Below are positions 16,429 through 24,313 of a DNA stretch of 24,969 nt, piece after piece. The stretch lies in assembly GCA_048941285.1 (NCBI GenBank), contig JBHLNS010000045.1:1-24969 (forward strand), in the 5' to 3' direction. A program made the position numbers and the translations under genes. The notes under the pieces were generated by a model. The model worked only from the letters and a program-made list of their open reading frames with translations, did no database searches and was not told where the DNA came from. Source of the DNA: Promethearchaeota archaeon. Lineage in GTDB: Archaea; Asgardarchaeota; Lokiarchaeia; Sigyniarchaeales; SOKP01. Position 1 is the first letter of the stretch, and every line of letters starts with the position of its first letter.

Positions 16429-16436
16429 TATATAAA
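16429..16436 (-). promoter_or_regulatory. TATA box TTTATATA of the E1-tusA unit
   Basis: Minus-strand TTTATATA about 48 nt before ATG 16381 and 5 nt from the palindrome. Confidence 0.6.
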
Positions 16437-16441
16437 ATAAA

Positions 16442-16456
16442 ATGCAAAAATTGCAT
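16442..16456. promoter_or_regulatory. palindromic operator ATGCAA-AAA-TTGCAT (copy 2)
   Basis: Identical to 13700-13714; overlaps the expected BRE position of the E1 promoter. Confidence 0.7.
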
Positions 16457-16503
16457 AGAATCTAATATAACTTTAGTACAGCTCAAATGAAATAATCTTA
16501 TCA

Positions 16504-16737
16504 TTAAATTCTTAGAATTTTTAAAGCCTTATCAATAGTTAAATGTTTTAATTCATTTGCTTTATCATAATGAGTTTTACAGAACCATTCCGCGTTTGGT
16601 GGGTGTCCTACACCTCCAATCTCTTCCATTCTTTTTTCCCATTCTATGTCGGATGGACGCTTCTTAAAATAGATCAAACCAACACCATTCTTCTCTACTA
16701 ATTCCTTATCACATATGATACAAATAGGAGGTTTCAT
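16504..16737 (-). CDS. small putative zinc-binding protein (CxxC...CxxH)
   Basis: MKPPICIICD...GHPPNAEWFCKTH; 77 aa filling the gap cleanly. Confidence 0.7.
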   Translation of the reverse strand: MKPPICIICDKELVEKNGVGLIYFKKRPSDIEWEKRMEEIGGVGHPPNAEWFCKTHYDKANELKHLTIDKALKILRI

Positions 16738-16849
16738 AATATCAAATTTAATTAAACATTCAAATTATTTATTAACTTTTTATTATTCAAAAACGAAACT
16801 TAAACTAAAATATCCAAATTTTAAATAGTTTCTATTAAAATTAAATAAG

Positions 16850-17596
16850 TTGATAGGTATGGAAAAAAAATATCAATATATAAATATTGAGAGAAAAGGA
16901 AAAATCTCAGTAGTTAATTTTAATCGCCCCGATAAGAAAAATGCACTGAGCAAAGCAATGAGAGCCGAAATAATTGATGCTTTAGATTTTCTTAAAGAAG
17001 AAAAAAGAGTTAAAGCAGTAATTTTCTATGGGGGCGAGGAATTCTTTTCTGCTGGGTTTGATAGAGATGAAGTACAAGCAGTGGTACAAGGAAAGGGAGA
17101 TTATCAGCAATTTATTGCTTCTAATCATCTTTTTCATCAAAAAATTTTTGAATTTCCAAAATTATTAATTGCTGCTGTGAATGGATATGCTCTTGCGGGA
17201 GCATTCGACCTAACTGTTATTTGTCATCTTCGGGTTGCTTCAAAAAATGCTCTTTTTGGGCATCCTGAGATAAGATTTGGAGCATGTCCACTATTTTTTC
17301 CCTATATGACTCTTGTAGGTCGTGGGAAGGCACTAGAAATAACCTTAAATACGGGAACGCGAGAGACATTTCTCACTGCAGAGGAAGCGTATAGATTAAA
17401 TATTATAAATAAAATAGTTGATAATGGGGATGTTTTAAATGAAGCTATTGATATGGCGAAACAAATTAGTTTATCACCTGAATATGTTGTAAGGCAGTTA
17501 ATTCAAGTCAATAATGTATTTTTTAACCAAGTGGATAAATTTGATACTGAGATAAATACAATCTTAGAAAGTATGAGAACTTTATTAGGAATTTAA
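16850..17596 (+). CDS. enoyl-CoA hydratase/isomerase (crotonase) family protein
   Basis: FNRPDKKNALS, FFSAGFD, IAAVNGYALAGAFDL, FGHPEIRFG, AEEAYRLNIINKIV; start could be ATG 16859. Confidence 0.92.
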   Translation: MIGMEKKYQYINIERKGKISVVNFNRPDKKNALSKAMRAEIIDALDFLKEEKRVKAVIFYGGEEFFSAGFDRDEVQAVVQGKGDYQQFIASNHLFHQKIFEFPKLLIAAVNGYALAGAFDLTVICHLRVASKNALFGHPEIRFGACPLFFPYMTLVGRGKALEITLNTGTRETFLTAEEAYRLNIINKIVDNGDVLNEAIDMAKQISLSPEYVVRQLIQVNNVFFNQVDKFDTEINTILESMRTLLGI

Positions 17597-17692
17597 AACT
17601 TTTTTTAAATAATTCTTTCAAATTTGCATAAAGTATTTTATTTTTCTTAAATAATTGATATAAAAGGATGAATAATTGGGGATGATTATTCT

Positions 17693-18676
17693 ATTAAAGC
17701 AGCAGTAATTGAAGATATTAAAAAAATTGTATTTAGAGAAGATTATCCTAAACCAACTCCCGGACCTGATGAAGCTTTAGTTAAAGTCCATTATTGTGGA
17801 ATTTGTGGAAGCGATATAACAAATTTTAAGTATAAAATGTATAATTTTCCATTAATAATGGGTCATGAAATCACTGGTGTCGTAGAGGAAATTGGGGAAA
17901 ATATTTCAAATGTAAAAGTGGGAGACAGAGTTATATGTGTGAATGTATCACTTGATGTCAGTCAAGGAGAATTAAAAGGGATGGGAATGTTTCAAAATGG
18001 GGGATTCGCTGAATATGTAATAGTCCCAAAAATATCTCTATTCTCAATACCAGAAAAAGTTGCAATTAAAGATGCTGTAATGGTAGAAACCTTTGCTTTA
18101 ATGATGAGAGCTTTTAAACTCTCGAAAATTGAGAAAAGAGAAAACATAATTATTATAGGAGGGGGCAATGTTGGTTTAGCAGCACTCAAAGCATTATTAC
18201 TCGAAAAAGATCCTAATTATGTTGTTGTAGTTGAGCCGAATGAGTTTTTAAGGAAAAAAGCTATAGATTTAGGAGCAACCGATGCAGTTGGTACAAGTAG
18301 AGCTAAAGTAAAAAAAGTTACTAAAGAATTAGGTGCTCCGAGTTTCATTTTTGATTGTGTTGGTAATGAAGAAACAATATCTAACGCTATTAATTTTATT
18401 AAAAAAGGTGGTACTATTCTACTAGAGGGAATCCATAAAGGAAGCATCACATTCCCTTTATTTATGTTAAATTCTAAAGAAGTCACTTTGAAAGGATGTC
18501 TTGGTCATGATCAAGAAGATATATTAGCTGCTATAGAATTATTTGCAAAAGGGAAAGTAAATGCTAATGAATTTATTTCGGAAGTAATTTGTTTAGAGGA
18601 TATGCAACAAACTTTTGAAAGGTTTCTTGAACCTCTGGAGAGGAAATTTATAAAAATTTTAGTTGAAATTAAGTAA
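17693..18676 (+). CDS. zinc-dependent medium-chain dehydrogenase (sorbitol/threonine DH-like); probable ATT start
   Basis: Frame is open 48 codons upstream of ATG 17837 and encodes (I)KAAVIED...PKPTPGPDEALVKVHYCGICGSD. GHE, GDRV, GGFAEY and GGGNVG motifs follow. No in-frame ATG/GTG/TTG between TGA 17669-17671 and 17837. Confidence 0.88.
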   Translation: MKAAVIEDIKKIVFREDYPKPTPGPDEALVKVHYCGICGSDITNFKYKMYNFPLIMGHEITGVVEEIGENISNVKVGDRVICVNVSLDVSQGELKGMGMFQNGGFAEYVIVPKISLFSIPEKVAIKDAVMVETFALMMRAFKLSKIEKRENIIIIGGGNVGLAALKALLLEKDPNYVVVVEPNEFLRKKAIDLGATDAVGTSRAKVKKVTKELGAPSFIFDCVGNEETISNAINFIKKGGTILLEGIHKGSITFPLFMLNSKEVTLKGCLGHDQEDILAAIELFAKGKVNANEFISEVICLEDMQQTFERFLEPLERKFIKILVEIK

Positions 18677-18766
18677 ATTTTTAACTCAAATTATTTTTTT
18701 TATTCTTTTAAAGATTAAATCTTCAATCTAAAGTTTAAAATATATAAAAAAAAAATAGATTTTGGG

Positions 18767-19855
18767 TTATTCTCTCTTAAACATTGTTTTTATTTCGTTT
18801 TCTGAAAAGAATAAAGCAATAGCAATTGGAAATCCAAACACAATCAAGTAAGCAGAAGCTATAATAGCCATATATCGACAAAAATTCACTTTAAACATAG
18901 TACCTATAGAACCGATTAAAAGAGTTAATGATACAACAAGGTAATAGATCCCCATTATTGAAATTGCAAACTTTTCTTCAGCAGTGGGAGTCCCAGGATA
19001 TAGATCAGCTACAAAATCTACCATTAATATTGCAATTAATGAATATAATATTAGAAATGTCGCAAAAATTATTGAAACGATTGAAACTATTTTTAAAGCA
19101 GAAGTTCGCTTAATTTTTGGAACATCGGGCGTTTCTATTGGATGGTCTTGTACGTTGCGAGTTACATACACAAGCAGCATAAGAGGTAATAATATATACA
19201 ATGCAATCTCAAACATCACCGCAAATTCGTGCTCAGCATAAAAAACTAATGGCGTTAATACAAACATCAATAAAAGTGATAAACCACTAGCAATCAAAAA
19301 CAGTTTGAAAGTATCTTTATATCCTTTTTTTAGAAAGTAAAAAGAAAGTAGAAGTATAACGACTACAAGGGCATCACCAATTAAATAAACAGGACTTAGT
19401 GTGTGTTGTGGTATCCATGTCCAGTTGAGTATATCTACGTGAGGTATTTTAAGTTCGAACCATAAACTATCCCATAAATTCATTTCTAGTTCAGTATGAA
19501 AAAATTGATCTATAAAAAAATGAGTAAACCCTCCAGCAGCTACAAGACAATAAGCATTTTTCCAATTTACTTCTCTAATTCCACTATCTTCAAATTTGAA
19601 TGGAAAACCTTTTTTTGATCGGATTAATGAAAATCTTGAAGAATAGGTCCAAACCAAAGAATATGGAATGGCTAGTATAAGAAATCCAAGAATTGAATGA
19701 AATGGTGTTACAAAGAAAAGGTTGACTATATCAGGCCCCCATAAATTATTAATGAAGAATATTATCGCTACTTTATAGCTAAATTTGTCTTTCATTAAAT
19801 ACATTAAGGGGATTAAAAGGGAAAAACCAAAAAATAGGTGTCCAAAGGTTGGCAT
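18767..19855 (-). CDS. YdjM-like membrane-bound metal-dependent hydrolase
   Basis: Spaced MPTFGH, GPD, FHS and THFFID motifs among many hydrophobic helices. Confidence 0.65.
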   Translation of the reverse strand: MPTFGHLFFGFSLLIPLMYLMKDKFSYKVAIIFFINNLWGPDIVNLFFVTPFHSILGFLILAIPYSLVWTYSSRFSLIRSKKGFPFKFEDSGIREVNWKNAYCLVAAGGFTHFFIDQFFHTELEMNLWDSLWFELKIPHVDILNWTWIPQHTLSPVYLIGDALVVVILLLSFYFLKKGYKDTFKLFLIASGLSLLLMFVLTPLVFYAEHEFAVMFEIALYILLPLMLLVYVTRNVQDHPIETPDVPKIKRTSALKIVSIVSIIFATFLILYSLIAILMVDFVADLYPGTPTAEEKFAISIMGIYYLVVSLTLLIGSIGTMFKVNFCRYMAIIASAYLIVFGFPIAIALFFSENEIKTMFKRE

Positions 19856-20027
19856 ATATTAACACTAAATTTATATTAAATTAATATTAAGGATACTTCG
19901 AGTAAGTCATATATATAGTTTAATATATTGGTGAAAAACTATATCTAGATTAAAAAAGAAGCAATTATTTCTGTAAAATATTGCTTAATATACATATTAT
20001 TAAGGTCAACCTCCTTACAAAATTATT

Positions 20028-20984
20028 ATGTCATTTAAAGGGATTAAGAACGCTTATAAGAGAATTAATTTATATACGAATAAGACTCCTATAATGACTT
20101 CTAATACGTTAAATGAATTAACGAATGCTAAAATCTATTTTAAATGTGAGAACTTTCAAAAAGTCGGTGCTTTTAAGTTTCGTGGAGCTTTAAATGCATT
20201 AAGTCTACTTTCAGAAGAAAAAAAGAAACAAGGGGTAATAACACATTCTAGTGGAAATCATGCTCAAGCCGTTGCTTTAGCAGCTTCAAATTTAGGGATT
20301 AAAGCCACTATTGTAATGCCAAAAAACGCTCCGAAAAATAAGGTTGATGCTACTAAAGGATATGGTGCTGAAATTGAGTTTTGTGAGAATACTCTTGAAG
20401 CAAGAGTTCAGAAAACAGAAGAAATAATGAAGAAGAAAAATAAAATTTTAATTCATCCATATGATAATGATGATATAATTAATGGTCAAGGAACTGCTGC
20501 TTATGAATTTATTAAAGAGATTGGTAAATTAGATGTCGTTATTGTTCCTCTTGGAGGAGGTGGATTACTGAGTGGTACCGCTATCGCTACAAAAAATTTA
20601 TGCCCAGATGCACAAGTTATTGGTATTGAACCATCATTGGCAGATGATGCCCTTAGATCACTTAAAGCAGGTTACATTATACCAAGCACATATCCAGACA
20701 CTATTGCTGATGGATTGCGAACTTCTTTATGTGAAAGAACTTTCAATATCATCCAAAAATATGTTGATGATGTAATTTCCGTTTCGGAAATAGAAATACT
20801 CGAAGCAATGAGATTTTTATGGGAACGTATGAAAATTGTTGTTGAACCTTCTGGAGCAGTTCCATTAGCTGCTATAATATCAAAAAAAGTTAAGGTAGAA
20901 AATAAAAAGATAGGTGTGATTTTAAGTGGGGGTAATATTGATGTTACTCCGTTTTTTCAAATATTAGAAAAAAAAGTTGTATGA
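20028..20984 (+). CDS. PLP-dependent serine racemase / serine-threonine dehydratase family enzyme (no ACT domain)
   Basis: FKCENFQKVGAFKFRGA (PLP lysine), THSSGNHAQA, PLGGGGL, IEPSLADD, TIADGL, VEPSGA, SGGN. Confidence 0.92.
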   Translation: MSFKGIKNAYKRINLYTNKTPIMTSNTLNELTNAKIYFKCENFQKVGAFKFRGALNALSLLSEEKKKQGVITHSSGNHAQAVALAASNLGIKATIVMPKNAPKNKVDATKGYGAEIEFCENTLEARVQKTEEIMKKKNKILIHPYDNDDIINGQGTAAYEFIKEIGKLDVVIVPLGGGGLLSGTAIATKNLCPDAQVIGIEPSLADDALRSLKAGYIIPSTYPDTIADGLRTSLCERTFNIIQKYVDDVISVSEIEILEAMRFLWERMKIVVEPSGAVPLAAIISKKVKVENKKIGVILSGGNIDVTPFFQILEKKVV

Positions 20985-20987
20985 TTT

Positions 20988-22262
20988 ATGATAGATTCTC
21001 TAAATAAATTATTTAATAGCATAAGTCTTTCTTGGATTGATTCGGTAGATAATATTGAAAATTCTAAAGAATTTATTGCTCTTTTAACAATATTTCCCAA
21101 CTTAAAGAGAATTTTTCAAGATGCTATTAAGAAGAATAGAGCTGAAATTCAAAGGACAGTAAGGCATATATTTAGATCGTATAAAATTTTTTTTTTGATA
21201 AAGAGTGGTGAGTTCTTTCATGAGACTCTTTCAACAGAAGCTATAGGTAAAATCCAAGAAAAGGTATTGAACCAGCATGCTAAAAATCAATTATTTATCC
21301 CTATAGTTTTAATGTATCATGATATTGGCAGATATATAGATAATAAAGAACACCCATATCAGAGTTATAATCTTATATCAAGTATGGATTTGCTTAAACC
21401 TTTTGAGTTTTCAGATATTGATAAATTACTTATCAAAAAAATAATTCACTATCACTTACTTATTGCTACGATATATACAGGAGAATCGACTTTTTATGGA
21501 ATCTATTCATTATTTAATGATCTAGACTTCATAAAACTAATTTCATATGATGATATTGTTGATAAATTCATCGATCTTTTAGAAGTATTTACATATATTG
21601 ATATTCTCGGTTATTATTACACTAAAATATTTGACCATTACGTCAAGTATTATGCTGAAATCAGTTCAAAATTAAAAAATCTTCTTAGTTTTTGGCAAGA
21701 TAAAGAATTGGCTTTAAAGAAAGCTAAAGAATATTCACAAGAATGGTTGGAATGGAGATTAGCCGGTGCTCTTAGAATCTTCCAATTTGTTGAAACAAAG
21801 CCACATTTAACCAAAGAATTTTATTATAACAAATTAAAAGAAAGTGTTGTTGGTAGTGATAATCCGATACTTAGTAAACTTAATTGGGATACATTAAAAA
21901 GTCAATTCTTAAGGTATTCTTATAAAATCCAAATGAGGTATTCTCTAGCTCTATTAATGATTTTAGCATTTGGTAGCTTTCAACGTATGGGATTAAAAAT
22001 TAATACTGGTGTTTCATATAAATTAATTTTATTCTGGACTCTGCTTTCCAAAGAAGTAAAATTAAGATCCAGAAGTAATTTTAAACCTCTGTGGAACATA
22101 TTTTTAGACGGTATGCCTCATTGGTCAAAACTTAACCAGTCCTTTATTGAAAAAATAACTGACAAAAAGATTGAATTCATTATTCATAACGCTAAACATG
22201 AATATGATGATAAGAAAAAAGAGTTTACTCTCCATCTGGATTTGAATCAAATTAAAAAATAG
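20988..22262 (+). CDS. HD-domain-like protein of unknown substrate
   Basis: VRH...MYHDIGR....HPYQS...IIHYHLL...TYIDI spacing typical of HD phosphohydrolases; starts 3 nt after the upstream stop. Confidence 0.6.
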   Translation: MIDSLNKLFNSISLSWIDSVDNIENSKEFIALLTIFPNLKRIFQDAIKKNRAEIQRTVRHIFRSYKIFFLIKSGEFFHETLSTEAIGKIQEKVLNQHAKNQLFIPIVLMYHDIGRYIDNKEHPYQSYNLISSMDLLKPFEFSDIDKLLIKKIIHYHLLIATIYTGESTFYGIYSLFNDLDFIKLISYDDIVDKFIDLLEVFTYIDILGYYYTKIFDHYVKYYAEISSKLKNLLSFWQDKELALKKAKEYSQEWLEWRLAGALRIFQFVETKPHLTKEFYYNKLKESVVGSDNPILSKLNWDTLKSQFLRYSYKIQMRYSLALLMILAFGSFQRMGLKINTGVSYKLILFWTLLSKEVKLRSRSNFKPLWNIFLDGMPHWSKLNQSFIEKITDKKIEFIIHNAKHEYDDKKKEFTLHLDLNQIKK

Positions 22263-22433
22263 ATAATCATACTTTTCAAAATTACTTAAATTCCAATGAG
22301 ATAATGCCCATCCATCTATCCCTTCATCTGTTATTAAATTTGTATAAAGCCCAGTTGCTTTAAATCTAGGCATAGAGCCAATTTTAATCTTAAAATCAAG
22401 CTCTAATAAATAAGTCTTAACATCAGTAATCAA
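22263..22433 (-). pseudogene. N-terminal fragment of a mandelate racemase/muconate lactonising (enolase superfamily) enzyme
   Basis: (K)LITDVKTYLL...LITDEGIDGWA matches the capping-domain start of this family; similarity ends where the frame enters the convergent HD gene, and no TIM barrel follows. Confidence 0.6.
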
Positions 22434-22709
22434 CTTGAGTCTTCAATAAAAATATACTATTTAAAAATGTTAAGTTTAAGAGTGGCGAAACGGTTCTCTG
22501 TAGTTGATATGGTGATAGCTTATTGCATCTAGCTTGAGTCTAGCTTTATTATAAAAATCCTAAAATTTTAAGGTAAAGGCTTAAAACGGAGCATTTTATC
22601 TGATCAATTTAAAGATAATTTACTTTTTTTTCTAGTTAAATTTTTAGAATAAGAAGAATATTCTTCACTTGTATAAGGAATAATAAATTTCTTTAGAATT
22701 GCTCCCGGA

Positions 22710-23759
22710 TTGGTCTCTGTGTCAGATATTTTTACTAGAAAAGTGGAAAAAAACCCGAAGGAGGATTTATGTGTAGTTTATGTACTTTATTTTGATGAGA
22801 AAAAGGGACAAATTCCACTACTGATGTATCCTGATGATAGACTTAGAAATGATAAGAGATACATGCGGCCAATAAACTTTCATCCAGTTTGGTTTTTAGA
22901 AACTGAAGATCTTGACCATATCGATTTAGAATATAAAGGATATACTTTTTTCGGGAAAAAAATCCAAACAAAATCAAATAGGGAAAAAAGAAGAGCAGGA
23001 CTAGAAGATGAAACTCCAGAAACTATCGTAATTATTGTTTCTTTACCTTCTGAGTTAGACATCTTTGGTGATGAACTTGTTAAAAGATTAACTGATGAAT
23101 TAAAGAATCAATTTGAGGATAAGTTATATGAAGTTATTGAAAGTGAAATAGCTTTAGATAGTGTGATAAAAACACCTAAAGTTAACGAACTTATTTCTGT
23201 AGGAAAAAAAATAAGAGTTTTCATGAGACAATTAATCGATAAGACCGTTAAAGATTACTTTTCAAAGGCAATTGAAAAAAGAGCAGATTCTCCTTCTCTT
23301 AAAACTCAAAAAGCAATTTCCTATTTCGCACTAAAAGGATTTGAATTCTCTCCACTTAGTAATTTAAAGGGAGAAAAAGATTTTATAAATGTTGACATCT
23401 TTGATCAATCAAAAATGGCATTTAAAACAATTGCTCCGAGACCTCAGCTTTCAATTACTCATCTCAATTTTATTGAAAATAGTAAAGAGATTGAAATTAC
23501 TATCCAGAATAGCACAGAAAATGAATTAAAGAATATCACAATTACTATAACCCACGTAAAAGAGTACTTTGAAAAAGAAATAATGAACCAAGAAGTTGAA
23601 TTATGGTTCCCTCAAGAGGAACTCTTATTTGTGTCTCCAATAGTTCCTTATATTAATGAATATTTGTTTTCCGTTAAAAAAGTAGATGGTGGTGGTAATA
23701 TTCAAAATTTATTCACCCATAGAATTGATTTAAACAAAATTAATAAAATTACCAGTTAA
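22710..23759 (+). CDS. uDENN/longin-like domain protein with C-terminal Ig-like beta-sandwich
   Basis: VVYVLYFDEKKGQIPLLMYP and GYTFF...KRRAG...TIVIIVSLP resemble DENND6/Avl9-type motifs as I recall them; C-terminal EIEITIQNSTENELKNITITI is typical of Ig-like folds. Confidence 0.6.
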   Translation: MVSVSDIFTRKVEKNPKEDLCVVYVLYFDEKKGQIPLLMYPDDRLRNDKRYMRPINFHPVWFLETEDLDHIDLEYKGYTFFGKKIQTKSNREKRRAGLEDETPETIVIIVSLPSELDIFGDELVKRLTDELKNQFEDKLYEVIESEIALDSVIKTPKVNELISVGKKIRVFMRQLIDKTVKDYFSKAIEKRADSPSLKTQKAISYFALKGFEFSPLSNLKGEKDFINVDIFDQSKMAFKTIAPRPQLSITHLNFIENSKEIEITIQNSTENELKNITITITHVKEYFEKEIMNQEVELWFPQEELLFVSPIVPYINEYLFSVKKVDGGGNIQNLFTHRIDLNKINKITS

Positions 23760-23773
23760 AGATAGGAATTATT

Positions 23774-24250
23774 ATGTCAAAACATGATATTAAAGAAGAG
23801 GATATAATTATTCGTAATTATCGAACTTCTGATTATGAAGCAACCTTGGAAATATTGCAAGAATTAAATGAAATGCTAGATATTGGGTTTAATGAAACAC
23901 AATGGAGAGAGTCATCAGGTTTAAGACAATTTAAGCCAAACCTTAAGCGAATCACGTTAATCGCAGAATTGAAATCAACTGGCCAAGTTGTAAGTATGGG
24001 AATGATTGAAGCTGTAAAAAATACTCTTGGACGATATATCGGATATTTAGATAATTGGGCAACTAAAAAAGAGTTTATAGGGAAAGGTGTTGGTAAACTC
24101 TTAGCAGAAAGAGCGATACAAATTCTCGAATCCTGGGGTACTGACTCAATACGCATTAACCTTGCTTATACTACGGATAAAAAATTACTAGATGTATTTG
24201 CTAAGACTGGATTTCAACCTGTTATTACCGTCCTTGAAAAAAGACTTTAA
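23774..24250 (+). CDS. GNAT-family N-acetyltransferase
   Basis: IIIRNYRTSDY start, motif A (LDNWATKKEFIGKGVGKLL), F.KTGF near the end; 14 nt after the DENN-like gene, with AGGA SD. Confidence 0.85.
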   Translation: MSKHDIKEEDIIIRNYRTSDYEATLEILQELNEMLDIGFNETQWRESSGLRQFKPNLKRITLIAELKSTGQVVSMGMIEAVKNTLGRYIGYLDNWATKKEFIGKGVGKLLAERAIQILESWGTDSIRINLAYTTDKKLLDVFAKTGFQPVITVLEKRL

Positions 24251-24313
24251 ATAAGTCTAAGGATAAAGATTTCCAATATTGTAATATCGATAATGTTAAT
24301 TTCTTTTTATATG

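Noticed and set aside
14926-17629. Further copies of the ATGCAA-N3-TTGCAT operator at 14926-14940 and 17615-17629
   Set aside because: Only partial or half-site matches that are expected by chance in AT-rich DNA.
20982-20990. TGA read-through fusing the racemase-like enzyme to the HD protein (TGA TTT ATG in frame)
   Set aside because: The upstream protein is already full length, the context is not a Cys/redox site, and the next gene has its own ATG.
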